Program-made: the position numbers and the translations under genes
Shown: positions 49,790-60,548 of the stretch, one piece after another
Numbering within the stretch: position 1 is the first letter of the stretch
Layout: each line of letters begins with the position of its first letter
IMG/VR virus record: IMGVR_UViG_2936514734_000001
Coordinates: 64,001-128,000 of that record
Source: a virus
Lineage: Duplodnaviria; Caudoviricetes
Direction: 5' to 3' (one strand)
DNA length: 64,000 nt
Notes under the pieces: generated by a model
What the model was told of the DNA's origin: nothing
Database searches by the model: none
The model's input: only the letters and a program-made list of their open reading frames with translations

Positions 49790-51007
49790 TACTGTTGAGA
49801 AAACTGAACAAAAAGAAATGTTGGGAATTCTTATTACTAAAAATGAAGTATCAAATATGAACATGGAATATATTCATGTTGCTAACTTTGCTATTGAAAC
49901 TATCTTAAAAACTATTCGATTAAATGAATCTGCTCAAATAGAAGCGGTTCATAAATTAGTAGATCGTACACCTAACTGGATGGAGTTAGAACCAGAAGAA
50001 CAATCTTATAAAATCAAAACCGTTTTAACTATTGAAACTGTTATTGAATATCTTCGTTTAGAAAATTATATTCGTGAAGATATTGATATGATTGAAGTAG
50101 GTGTTGATCCGGAAGGAACAATTATTGTTTCTGCTTTCTATATTAAAAAGAATGAAATTACAGATAAAGTATTTAAAGAACAATATACAGAAGAACAAAT
50201 CGAAGAAATGGAAAAACAATTAAATATCTTAGATGGTTCTATTAATATCTACGAAGAAGCTAAGAAACGTGTTGAACAGATGAAAAAGAACAATGTAGTT
50301 CCTTTTCAAAATCGTGCTGCACGTCGTCTAGCTAAGAATGCTAAGAAAGTGAGGCTCCCACATAAATGAGTAAAGAACAAGTAAAACAAAATTCTATTCC
50401 TAACTATGTAGTTGAAGAAGAAAATGAGGAAGAAACTTTCACTTTAGATTTTAAAAATAAAACAGCATTTTCTAAAACTGAAGGTGTTATTATGAGTGAA
50501 AATATTAGTGCTTCAAATATTGACACTTCAAAAATTGTAGATGGTTCGAAAATTGTAGCTAACACAATTACATCTAATGAATTTAATAATGTATATCCAT
50601 TCCCAGGAACTCCTTATCCATATTCAGAAACACCAGTTAGACCTCTTCCTCACAATCCTTTACCAGTAGAATTAAAACCTGCTGAACCAACTTTCAAAGA
50701 TGAATTACAAGATTTATTGATTAATAGTGTAACTTCAAAAGCCATTGCTTCTCTTTTAAGCAAACATCGTGCTCTAGATAATGAATTGGATGAACTTATG
50801 AGCAAGCGTCGAATGGGTGAACTAGGAGATATTCTTGACCAAGAAATGGATGAAATGATGAATAAACGTCGCCAAGAATTACGTGCTTGTTATGTAGGTG
50901 GAGACGTTCGTTATGAAAAGATTCCAGAATGGGCTAAACGCTATGTTAAAGAATACATCGGAAACATGATTCACGGATTAGCTATTTTAGTAGAAGATGG
51001 GGAATAG
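49782..51007 (+). other. Two hypothetical CDSs (49782-50369, 50366-51007)
   Basis: Long ORFs with SDs, coupled. Confidence 0.7.
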
Positions 51008-51062
51008 TATTTTTTTCTAGGTTATTCCCCTAGATTTTGTTATAATATAGGAGAGGATACAT

Positions 51063-51545
51063 ATGTTTTTCTTAGGATTAGATCCCTCAACTAAGTGCAC
51101 AGGATACTGTGTCATGGATGAAAAATACGACATTATTGAAAGCGGAAAGATTAATATTCCTGAACATGAAGATGAAGCAGGTAAAATCTTTTATCAAATC
51201 GAACAGATTGAAGCTATTTTCAATAAATATAAAATTACAAAAGCATTATGTGAAGACCAATTTAGTAAATTAAACATCGATACTTTAAAGAAACTTACAA
51301 GAGTTTCTGGAACAATTCTTTACCTCGCCCGTAAACACAAGATTGATACTAGCCTCATATACCCTACAAGTTGGCGAAAAGTTTTTCACGGTTCCGGTAA
51401 AGCGAAAAAAGAAGATACCTTCCATAAAGTTCTCGCTCTTTATGACTTTGAGAATTTAGTTTTTAAGCATGATAACGATATGACAGATGCCATAGGTATT
51501 GCCTGGGCGTGTGTAGACTTACATAAGGAAGGTGTAGCTGCTTGA
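51063..51545 (+). CDS. ruvC: RuvC-like Holliday junction resolvase
   Basis: LGLDPS…TGY, CED, P.SW.K…G.G.AKK, D..DAIGI. Confidence 0.85.
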   Translation: MFFLGLDPSTKCTGYCVMDEKYDIIESGKINIPEHEDEAGKIFYQIEQIEAIFNKYKITKALCEDQFSKLNIDTLKKLTRVSGTILYLARKHKIDTSLIYPTSWRKVFHGSGKAKKEDTFHKVLALYDFENLVFKHDNDMTDAIGIAWACVDLHKEGVAA

Positions 51546-51811
51546 GGATATACCGTGGAAACATAGGTGTAGAACTAACTCTTGAAGAATTCTCCGATCT
51601 GATACAAGATGAAGATCAAATCGATGACTTACTTAACCTTATCTATGAAATGGAGATGGATGAAGTCATGAACTATGATACTAATGAAATTAAAGCATTT
51701 GAGCAAGACTTATATAAAGAAGTAGCAGAGTATCAACGAAAGCAAGATGCTAGTAATGATACGATCAAAATGGAACGTACTCTTGCCCGCTTAGAAAAGT
51801 ATGGACGATAA
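51542..51811 (+). CDS. Small acidic hypothetical protein
   Basis: Coupled ORF. Confidence 0.6.
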   Translation: MRIYRGNIGVELTLEEFSDLIQDEDQIDDLLNLIYEMEMDEVMNYDTNEIKAFEQDLYKEVAEYQRKQDASNDTIKMERTLARLEKYGR

Positions 51812-52613
51812 AGAACTTCAATATCAACGTATCGAAGAATTAGTATTTGAATATCAAGCAGGTTCTTCTAAGGCTGGGTTAGAAATAATCCAGTCTTTTG
51901 GTTATGATCCAGCAACAAAAGAACTGTCTAGGTATATAGGCAAATACTTTAATTTATTAAGATACGGCGTAATCAATTTTAAAGATAAAGATACTCGTCT
52001 GTTTATTAGAATGTTTGTATCAGAACAAGCGGTTAGAGATGGCCTTATCCCCTTCTACCAATATGCAGATATTAAAAAGGCTGCTCGTAAAAAAGTTCAA
52101 ATGATAAACTTCCGCTTGAGACATTTAACAGATGAAGAAATTATTAATGACCTCTGCTACATTCTCCTTAAACTTGCCAAACGATATAAGAAAAAGGGTT
52201 CTAAAAAGAATTTCTGTGGATTCGTCTATAACAAATCTTTTCGTGGGGAACTAAAAACTCACTATAAATATTTATTTGAGGATTTATTGTACTCAAAGGA
52301 TATTGAGCCATTAGAGGATTTTATAGATGAAGATAGTGAAATAACTATAGATGACAAATGGTATTTAGATTTATATTTTGAAAAAGAAACCCAAGAACTA
52401 GGATTCAATTGGATTCTAGGCAGAACCGCTACTTTTCCCTTCAATCAATTAACTCGATTTGAACGAACCCTCATATCACTCTATGACCATAAGGGTATGA
52501 CGTATGAAGAAGTAGGTGCTCAAATGGGCTACCATCGTGATACTATATGGAGCAAACGAAAACAAATCAAAAACAAAATTCAAGAATTATTAAAGAAACC
52601 TCCCTGTGATTAG
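51801..52613 (+). CDS. Sigma-70-like RNA polymerase sigma factor
   Basis: Region-2-like segment and C-terminal LT..ER…GMTYEEVG..MG HTH. Confidence 0.7.
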   Translation: MDDKELQYQRIEELVFEYQAGSSKAGLEIIQSFGYDPATKELSRYIGKYFNLLRYGVINFKDKDTRLFIRMFVSEQAVRDGLIPFYQYADIKKAARKKVQMINFRLRHLTDEEIINDLCYILLKLAKRYKKKGSKKNFCGFVYNKSFRGELKTHYKYLFEDLLYSKDIEPLEDFIDEDSEITIDDKWYLDLYFEKETQELGFNWILGRTATFPFNQLTRFERTLISLYDHKGMTYEEVGAQMGYHRDTIWSKRKQIKNKIQELLKKPPCD

Positions 52614-53418
52614 CAAGGAGGTTCTTTTTATTCTTCAATTATCTTTAATGTTAATGGACCTCCTCCTACTTTGTCCTTGTAACTAACCTCATACGTAATA
52701 CCTCTGTAGGAATAAGTACGCTTTTCTCTATCTTCAAGTGTTTTAAAGATTTTAAGTTTATCATTCATAATTGATTCTCTTTTTTTATGAGAGAGATTTG
52801 GATCTGCGGTAAGGATAGCCAACCCTAAAGCCAGTCGTACATTATCATTATTTTTTATAGCTTTCTTCGAATCCCCATACATTAGCCTGCCTGATACTGA
52901 TACGAAACCAAAATCTCCATCAGCATCTCGATTAGTATTCAGTCCTACATAGATATTGTCTTTAATTTTACCTATCTTTGTAGGGCCCATATTTGTTTGA
53001 TCTACAGCTTCATTTTTAATTTTCCCAAGGTTCCCTACACCCTTGTAGGAATTAGCTTCTTTTTTCCACCTTTTTTTGAACCCTTTCCATGTCAAAGCAA
53101 AGGATTTTTTCTTTTTCTCTTTAGCCTCTACTACACTGACAGTTGGATCAGCGACAAAATAACTTGTAACCGCTGACAAGGTAAATACCAAAACAATACT
53201 CACCAGTATTTTTTTCATCTTACTCCCCCTAAATTTCTTCGTAGCATTAATATATTACTAGGTATAGGAAAAATATTCTATAGTTCATGACATAATACCT
53301 GTACTTTTAACTCAAAAAATTTATTAACTAATTTAAGGAAGCATTTTTCGGTTTATAAAGAAATACATATTAGAAGAACCTACGAAGAAACCTCCCTGCG
53401 ACTGACAAGGAGGTTTTT
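52593..53418 (+). repeat. Direct repeat of the sigma-gene 3' end/terminator (52593-52628 and 53385-53418)
   Basis: AAGAAACCTCCCTG(T/C)GA(T/C)T(AG/GA)CAAGGAGGTT in both copies. Confidence 0.7.
52628..53218 (-). CDS. Secreted basic hypothetical protein
   Basis: Signal peptide, SD AGGGGGAG. Confidence 0.7.
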   Translation of the reverse strand: MKKILVSIVLVFTLSAVTSYFVADPTVSVVEAKEKKKKSFALTWKGFKKRWKKEANSYKGVGNLGKIKNEAVDQTNMGPTKIGKIKDNIYVGLNTNRDADGDFGFVSVSGRLMYGDSKKAIKNNDNVRLALGLAILTADPNLSHKKRESIMNDKLKIFKTLEDREKRTYSYRGITYEVSYKDKVGGGPLTLKIIEE

Positions 53419-53426
53419 CATATTAC

Positions 53427-53897
53427 TTAAGTAAGAATTGGTTTAAATTCCATGGCACATTTAATATGTCTGCTTAAATCATAATTAGCTGGACACCTAA
53501 AGATAAAAGCCCTAAGCTCATCAAAGTCACTATCTGTAAATAAACCCTTTAAAGGACTACATTTAAATACACCTACTAGAATCTTACTTATTTGTGTATG
53601 CACATTATTAAGAGGAATCTTCTCCAATCGTTGATTTTCCCATATCATTAAATTATCATAGACATTTGATAGCCTTCTATAGTTAATAACATGGGCAATT
53701 AAATTCCCAACAATACGATACTCCTCTTCATGATACGGTGGTATCTTAGAAAAAACTTTTAATACTTTATCAGGTATCTTAATAGCTAATTCCGCTTGTT
53801 CGTTTATCATATATTTTTCAATATCTTCCTCTGGTACCATAGACAACTTAATTGGCTTTAAAGGTTTATAATCTCTCATAGACCGGCTCCATTTCAC
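53427..53897 (-). CDS. Hypothetical protein
   Basis: ORF track. Confidence 0.55.
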   Translation of the reverse strand: MKWSRSMRDYKPLKPIKLSMVPEEDIEKYMINEQAELAIKIPDKVLKVFSKIPPYHEEEYRIVGNLIAHVINYRRLSNVYDNLMIWENQRLEKIPLNNVHTQISKILVGVFKCSPLKGLFTDSDFDELRAFIFRCPANYDLSRHIKCAMEFKPILT

Positions 53898-53958
53898 TTA
53901 ATATATTCCTTTAGGTTATATTTCGACGGAAAGAAACAAAATACCTTTTATTAATCTA

Positions 53959-54651
53959 TTAAGCGTATTTAACACCTTGTTCACCTTGAACATACTGTGC
54001 ATTCAATATTTCAAGTTCTTTAATACGAGCCTGCAACGCATCTACTTCTTCATAATGTTCTTTGATTTCAAGTAGATGTGGCTTAATAGCTGTCTTAGCT
54101 GAAAGGAAATAAGCTGAATATCTTGGATAACGCTTCATCGCTTCTTTAAAGAATGGGAAGAAGAACTTCTCAGTCTCGATAGCTTGTCTTAGTTTCTTTT
54201 CAGGTGTAGCACTACGTAAAGTGCTAAAGTTATGTTTTCTATCTCCCGCTTTTAATACGCAAGGATCTGGATTTTCTAACATTGGGTCTAAGTAAAGAAC
54301 TTTAATTAAATCACCTTGTTTATAATTCACACCAGGCTCTTTTGTAACTGCACCAACCATTTTTGCAACACGGGTATTGAATTTATCATCAATCATACGC
54401 AAAGTAATACCTGGTACATCTTCTACAGCGTCATGTAGTAGTGCACCTACAATGAGGTCTTCATCTCGAATACCATGATTCAATAAATCCTGTGCCACAT
54501 CAACTAAATGATTATAGTAATGACTACCATCATGACGAGCATAATTAGGTGCTGCCATTTCTTCCATCATCCAATCTAATGCTCGAAGGGCCTTATCATA
54601 CCCCATATCACTAATACGCTGTTCAAAGAATCTCACTCTGCTTTCACTCAT
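53959..54651 (-). CDS. HD-domain small alarmone hydrolase (Mesh1/SpoT-HD-like)
   Basis: R.DG..Y..H, ALLHDAVED, VTK, K.GDR.HN. Confidence 0.85.
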   Translation of the reverse strand: MSESRVRFFEQRISDMGYDKALRALDWMMEEMAAPNYARHDGSHYYNHLVDVAQDLLNHGIRDEDLIVGALLHDAVEDVPGITLRMIDDKFNTRVAKMVGAVTKEPGVNYKQGDLIKVLYLDPMLENPDPCVLKAGDRKHNFSTLRSATPEKKLRQAIETEKFFFPFFKEAMKRYPRYSAYFLSAKTAIKPHLLEIKEHYEEVDALQARIKELEILNAQYVQGEQGVKYA

Positions 54652-54671
54652 AATAAATTCCTCCCCAATTT

Positions 54672-55400
54672 TTATTTAGTAATAGAAACTACATTAAAGC
54701 CTAAATCTTTTGCTGTTTGTTCATTAAACTTTTCATCTAAATGCATGCAATAAACTTTATGTCTTAATTCATAAGGAATTAGTTTAGTTAGTTTACGTAG
54801 AGATAAGTGTACATTTCCTTCATAATCCGCTTGGCATGTATCTTGATAAAAATAATCGATATGTCCATTTTCTAAAGCTTTAAGAATATCTCCGGGAATC
54901 ATGTTAGAATCTCCACTATAATAGATTGTTTTGTCCTCAGAAAATAGAACATAGCCAAAGCAATTTAATTCTTCCGCATGTTCAACAGAGATTGGGCCTA
55001 ATCCTTTTAACCCTACTTGATCAAAATTAAAGTCATATGCTAAGCCTAACTCATAGCTGTCATAAGTATTTGATTCTACCCCTGTTAGTCTAAGAATTTC
55101 CCCAAGTTCTTCTACAATCTGTGTTGGTACAAGAACTTTCACTTTTCTTTCAAACATAGGAGCAATACTGTAATAGCTATAAAATATTAAATCTCCTAAT
55201 GAACCAACATGATCAGGATGTAAATGAGTAATTAATACAGTGATATTCTTTACTCCATCTAATAAGTTGGATTCTATTAAGCGGCTAAATGTCGAGCTAC
55301 CACAATCAATTAAAAGTAAATGCTCACCCTTCTTAATATAGGCACAGTTGTTACCTTCTTTTGTATTAAACGCACTACCTCTTCCAATAAAATTAAGCAT
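54672..55400 (-). CDS. MBL-fold phosphodiesterase (RNase Z/Apyc1-like)
   Basis: G.GSAF, LLIDCG, THLHPDH, YSGD, VHLS, MH. Confidence 0.8.
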   Translation of the reverse strand: MLNFIGRGSAFNTKEGNNCAYIKKGEHLLLIDCGSSTFSRLIESNLLDGVKNITVLITHLHPDHVGSLGDLIFYSYYSIAPMFERKVKVLVPTQIVEELGEILRLTGVESNTYDSYELGLAYDFNFDQVGLKGLGPISVEHAEELNCFGYVLFSEDKTIYYSGDSNMIPGDILKALENGHIDYFYQDTCQADYEGNVHLSLRKLTKLIPYELRHKVYCMHLDEKFNEQTAKDLGFNVVSITK

Positions 55401-55896
55401 TGTTTTCTCCTTCTGTCTTTTCAAAACTTAGATATTGTAAACCAAGTCCAAATTGAGTATTATCTATAATTACTCCTTTGATTTCTTGGGTCTGATAAAA
55501 GTCTCTATCGTAAATTTCCTCCCATTCGCCAACCATATGTTGTACGGTTTCTTGTGAATCTTTGCACCCTGATAAGAACTCCATTTGCTGTAAAATCTGC
55601 TTTCTCCAGTGTTCCTTGTAATTGGGTTGGAGAATGATTGTGTGGTCGATAATCATATCCGTATCATACTCAACTGGATCAAGCGGGTGATTACATTGAT
55701 AACTGTGTGGACGGAAAACAATTAGCACCTCTGAATCGTTTATGTGTTCATCAACATAATCTATTGAACTTCCACCCCATTTCAGTAGCTCCTCAATAAA
55801 ATCCTTTTGCTGGTCATCAGGATCATAAAGAGAATCCTCTATGACTTTTATGACTTTACCTTTATCACCAATAATTAAGCGTATATAAGCAGGCAT
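55393..55896 (-). CDS. Hypothetical protein
   Basis: SD AGGAGTG. Confidence 0.6.
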   Translation of the reverse strand: MPAYIRLIIGDKGKVIKVIEDSLYDPDDQQKDFIEELLKWGGSSIDYVDEHINDSEVLIVFRPHSYQCNHPLDPVEYDTDMIIDHTIILQPNYKEHWRKQILQQMEFLSGCKDSQETVQHMVGEWEEIYDRDFYQTQEIKGVIIDNTQFGLGLQYLSFEKTEGENNA

Positions 55897-55928
55897 GTTA
55901 TCACTCCTATATAATAGAAGCTCCCTAT

Positions 55929-56807
55929 TTAGGAAGCTTCAGGTTCTTCAAAATACATTTCTAGCCATTCTTCTTCACTAATAGGCGTATGGCATAGGTT
56001 ACGGAAATCACAATAACGACACATAATATCTAATGCATTTCCTTCTTTTTCAGGTAATTCTCGACGATCTACATAATCAAGAATTTCTTTTATATCTGAC
56101 TTAACTTGTTGTACTAATTCTTCGTCATAAAAGACATGAAAGAACTTAGACTCTTGTGTATCTTTATTTTCGTAATACACCATACCTCGTCTAATACCAG
56201 TTAGATAAAAATACAATTGCAACTGCATTTCGTGCTTTTTGTCGGGCTTAGACTTAGGAAGTTTTAGATAGTTCTTACTCTTAATTGACTTGAATTCTAC
56301 GATAAGGATATGATTAGCTGGACCTTGATAGATGATCTTTTCTTTATCGTTAGGGTCATAAAGAGTAATCTCTTCTGCATCCTCTTCATCATCGGACTTT
56401 AAAAAGTTCCAAATGATTGCATCGGATCGTCCGCTAATTCTAAGCTCTTCATCTTTTAAAGAAAGTTCAGGAGCAACTAGAATTCCCATCTTTTCAAAAA
56501 TATCTTCCATTCGATTATGAAAGCTTGTTCCATTCTCCATAATTAAAAGATTTTGTCCTGGTATTGGTTTAGTTGGATATCCCAACATTTGATAAACCAC
56601 AGAACGTTTACATCTTCCTATTGAAGATGGATAGAACTTTCCTAATCGTCCTTCTTCGATACGCTTTTGTTGGTTAGCAGCATTCTCAGTAGTGAGAAAC
56701 TGATGAACCATATCGATGATGTCAATATCCCCATAGCGGTCTTGAATTTGTTTTATTTTTGACACTTCAACTTCTTCGCTATTTTGATTTAGTTGAATTG
56801 TTGACAC
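55929..56807 (-). CDS. Solo Cas4-like exonuclease
   Basis: PSS…C, GTSFH, G..D, EFKS, QLQLY, CRYCDFRNLC. Confidence 0.85.
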   Translation of the reverse strand: MSTIQLNQNSEEVEVSKIKQIQDRYGDIDIIDMVHQFLTTENAANQQKRIEEGRLGKFYPSSIGRCKRSVVYQMLGYPTKPIPGQNLLIMENGTSFHNRMEDIFEKMGILVAPELSLKDEELRISGRSDAIIWNFLKSDDEEDAEEITLYDPNDKEKIIYQGPANHILIVEFKSIKSKNYLKLPKSKPDKKHEMQLQLYFYLTGIRRGMVYYENKDTQESKFFHVFYDEELVQQVKSDIKEILDYVDRRELPEKEGNALDIMCRYCDFRNLCHTPISEEEWLEMYFEEPEAS

Positions 56808-56837
56808 TTAATCACCTCTTTCGAAAGGAGTTTTCTC

Positions 56838-57281
56838 ATGGATAAAAAATATAATTTTGAAGACACAGACAATATACAAGGTCTGGTCAAAGAAGAAGAA
56901 ACCCATTGGAGCGAATTCGGAGAGCTCGCTCAAGAGACCTTTAAGAACTGGACCAAATACAATGATGGTACTTCTGGTGAAGTAGCTAAGTCATGGCAAG
57001 ATTCTGGTCGTGGTTGTATTCGTTGTGGTGGCTCACTCATGGTATTTGAGGAGTCAGATAACGGATATATTATGTTAGAGTGTAGAGATTGTGGTATGCA
57101 CCAATGGCATACTGATATTGAGCCTGACTCTAAAGAAAAGCTTAAGCAAATGGATAAAGAAGCTAAAGCAGCGGGAGCCGCTGGAGCTCGTCATTTGCCT
57201 GATGAAATGTACAGAACAATACCAGACCTTCTAGTCATTCAATACACTGAAATGAGGAACCGAAGTTTGCAGGGGAATTAA
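56838..57281 (+). CDS. Zinc-ribbon hypothetical protein
   Basis: CIRCGG, CRDCG; SD AAGGAG. Confidence 0.7.
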   Translation: MDKKYNFEDTDNIQGLVKEEETHWSEFGELAQETFKNWTKYNDGTSGEVAKSWQDSGRGCIRCGGSLMVFEESDNGYIMLECRDCGMHQWHTDIEPDSKEKLKQMDKEAKAAGAAGARHLPDEMYRTIPDLLVIQYTEMRNRSLQGN

Positions 57282-57295
57282 CCCCTGCTTTTTTA

Positions 57296-57970
57296 TTAAC
57301 ATGCATATGTTACTGTTTCCGGTCCAGAGGAACGAATATAACCAATATCTTTTAATGTCTTACCAATAAAAGCAAGTACAGATTCTTGGTCTTCCTTGTT
57401 GTTTGCAAAGTCTAAATTACCTACATTGATTAAGACTTTTGCAGAATGCTTGTAGTTTTCATACCAGTCACTATACTTTTGATTTAATCGTTCCCAATAA
57501 CTCATTTCTACTGTGCTTTCTAAACCTCGTCCACGGTTATCAATTCGCTGTTTAGCGACTTCTGGACTGCATTCTAAATAGATTAATAGATCAGGTGGCT
57601 GAGCATGTTCTAACATGTTATCAAGTAACGTATCATATGTACGATACTCTTCATATGTCATACCTTCTTCACCAGCTTCCCTATCTTCTGCTAACATTTC
57701 TGCGAAGATATTGTCACCGAAGATCGAGCGGTCTAAAATACCACGACCTTTTTTATGAATCTCCTTGATCATACGAAATCGCTCATTCAAAAAATGAATC
57801 TGAAGAGTAAAAGCCCATCTCGTCTTATTTGCATAAAAACGATTAAGCAAGTCTTCAGTATCTGCATTTGATAACTCCTCAAATAGAGGAATATTGAATC
57901 TCTCACTTAGTAGTTTAGCTAAAGTTGTCTTACCTACTCCTACTACACCATCCACCAGTATAATGGTCAT
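57296..57970 (-). CDS. Deoxynucleoside kinase
   Basis: DGVVGVGKTT, LDRSIFGD, PDLLIYL, RGR.LE. Confidence 0.9.
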   Translation of the reverse strand: MTIILVDGVVGVGKTTLAKLLSERFNIPLFEELSNADTEDLLNRFYANKTRWAFTLQIHFLNERFRMIKEIHKKGRGILDRSIFGDNIFAEMLAEDREAGEEGMTYEEYRTYDTLLDNMLEHAQPPDLLIYLECSPEVAKQRIDNRGRGLESTVEMSYWERLNQKYSDWYENYKHSAKVLINVGNLDFANNKEDQESVLAFIGKTLKDIGYIRSSGPETVTYAC

Positions 57971-58981
57971 CGCCCCACTCTCTTTTCACTGTTCTTTTTC
58001 TTAATTGAGAAATAATAATATGGCCAAAACACAAAGCTAAAAGAAAAAGTCTGAAGTAAATACTTCAATTGATTTTCTTTATAGAGAAGATATTCGTCGA
58101 TTGCATCTTTCTTACGAATGTGCAAATCTTGAAGCTTGGTATAATACTCAGCACCAGAAGGAGTTAATTCATACATTTTAATCATTTCTCTTAAATGTGT
58201 ATCCTCTCTTCCCGCTTCTTCAACTACTTTGACTATCTTGACCAAGTGCAGCACTCCATAAATTAAGCCTATTAGTAGGTATAAAAAAACAAAAGGCATG
58301 AGGTAGTTCATTACGCTACCCCTTTCTGTTCTAAATACTCGAACAACATATTCTCTTGTCCTGATAAGAACAATTGATATTGCTCCACATTTGAATGAAT
58401 TGGCTCTACTTTATAACCAAAGACCACTTGAAAAGGATTTTCTTCGTTAACAAAAATACCTATTAAGACTTTCATACCGTTATGGGTCATGACTTCTTCT
58501 TCATCAAATGATGCAAGAATTTCATGTCCGAATAGTTCAAACAGAAATTCATCTGAGATGGTAATGCCACGCTTTAATTTCTCATTCCATTTAATATGAA
58601 GCTCAGTTAGCTTTTTAAAATGTTTGAGGTTGTATTCGAAAAGTCTATTTCTTAGTTCATACACATCCATTAAAATGCCACCTCCATTACATGATCAGCA
58701 TATTTTTGTTCGTAGTATTTAATTTCTTCCGGGGTAATACATTCGATTTCTATCTTCACCATTCGAAAACCATGACCAGGTACTTCTCGTACTTCGCCAT
58801 ATACTTCATAGCAGCCATTTCCCATACCGGGAATAAAGGACACCATTTCATGCAGTTTTTGTTGTGAGCCAAAGATAAACATACGGTTTAATTTGACTTC
58901 TACAGCACCTAAATAAACACGCCCCGTTTTATTAAATTCAATGGGTTTAGGTGTCTGTAATTGGTTAGGATAAGAGTTCAT
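57967..58981 (-). other. Three hypothetical CDSs (57967-58311, 58311-58670, 58670-58981)
   Basis: Coupled ORFs. Confidence 0.65.
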
Positions 58982-59060
58982 AATATTGCTCCCCTTTCAC
59001 TTGTTAGAATGTATCCATTAGATTTTTAAATTTCAAGGTAAAAATAAAAAAGACTCAGGC

Positions 59061-60548
59061 TTATAAGCTCGAGTCTTTTAATGTTTTGGGTTCTCTTTGA
59101 AATACCAATGTAAAAGTTGTTAATCCTATTGGCTTGCTTATTACTTCAACATTTCCACCATAAAGGTCCATTACTTTCTTTGTAATAGTTAAACCTAAAC
59201 CAGATCCCTGTCTAGCGTTCGATTTCCCTCTGAAGTGTCTCTCAAATATATGCGGAATTTCTTCAGGTGGAATATAGTCGCCCCTGTTCCTAACAGATAT
59301 ACTAATGTCATTTGATTCCCATTTTGAACTTACAGAAATCAAAATCGTTTTAGATCTTTCAAAAGAATACTTAACGGCATTCTCTATAATTGGTTTTAAA
59401 GCAAGAAAGAAATGGTCTTTATCTATATTCATATCAGAATTAACCAGATTGTATTTCGTTATAAAAACAAATTCAGGATAAACTTTTCTATAATGATTTA
59501 TAAAAGCTTCAACAAGTTCTTTTGCAGAATGAGTTCTGATATCGGTTTTAATGCTACCCTGGTTAAGTTTTGCTAGGTCTAATATAGTACTCATAATACT
59601 CGACATTCGAATTATATTTGTATCAATTGAATTTAGCCTAGCCTCCAAAATCTGAGGGTTATTGTTACCATACAAGCGAATTACATCCACGGATTGCTTG
59701 ATAGATGTCAAATGAGTATTTACTTCATGAGAAACATCCTGTAATGTTTCAATATTCTTTTCAACAATTTCATTCATCTTTTCTAATATTTCATTTATCT
59801 TTAATTTCACGCTAGTTATCTCTTTTCCATACTTTCCTGTTATCGTAAATCTTGCTTCATAATTAGTTTCCTCTATCTCTCTAAACCCATTATCAAGTGC
59901 TCTCCCTAGCGGTCTAAAAGTTATTGACACCGCTACGTAACCTACAATACTACCAATCATTATATACCATATTAAGGATATATAGAGTGAATACATAAAT
60001 CCCTTTATTGGTTTAATAACTACACTTGAAACATTTCGAATCACTTTTACACTTACTTTGTGATTATTATGTTCAAATTCATAATTGAGTACTGCGTACT
60101 GATACTTATTGTTAGGATCTGTATATGTTGATAGACCTCTTTCTTTAAGTTCATGATTAAAAATCCCAGCCAATATACCAATAACAAAGGATGCAAATTT
60201 TCTTTCAAGCATACCTGCAGAATTTTTTACAGCCGTTGGATTTTTATATTCAATATATTTAGGTTCTGTTCTATCATAAATCTGAATTGTTTCATTTCTA
60301 GCCGTAGAAGCTCTTAAAAAATCTCTGTCTACTTTTGATACGTACTCAACTCTTCTAACCTCGTTCTCGATTTCTATAGTTCTATAAACCATATCTTCAT
60401 ATTTCGCATTGCCCTTTTCCATAATATTTGTATATAAAAAATATAAATTTATAGGCAGGCAAACGATTAGAATACCTGCTATAGTTAAAGCAGCTATTCT
60501 AATCCTCAGACGATTATCATGGTATCTCTTAACGATATTTTGCTTCAA
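59061..60548 (-). CDS. Sensor histidine kinase
   Basis: Two TMs, SHEVNT, ENAVKYS, F..FRG, GSGLGL. Confidence 0.9.
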   Translation of the reverse strand: MKQNIVKRYHDNRLRIRIAALTIAGILIVCLPINLYFLYTNIMEKGNAKYEDMVYRTIEIENEVRRVEYVSKVDRDFLRASTARNETIQIYDRTEPKYIEYKNPTAVKNSAGMLERKFASFVIGILAGIFNHELKERGLSTYTDPNNKYQYAVLNYEFEHNNHKVSVKVIRNVSSVVIKPIKGFMYSLYISLIWYIMIGSIVGYVAVSITFRPLGRALDNGFREIEETNYEARFTITGKYGKEITSVKLKINEILEKMNEIVEKNIETLQDVSHEVNTHLTSIKQSVDVIRLYGNNNPQILEARLNSIDTNIIRMSSIMSTILDLAKLNQGSIKTDIRTHSAKELVEAFINHYRKVYPEFVFITKYNLVNSDMNIDKDHFFLALKPIIENAVKYSFERSKTILISVSSKWESNDISISVRNRGDYIPPEEIPHIFERHFRGKSNARQGSGLGLTITKKVMDLYGGNVEVISKPIGLTTFTLVFQREPKTLKDSSL

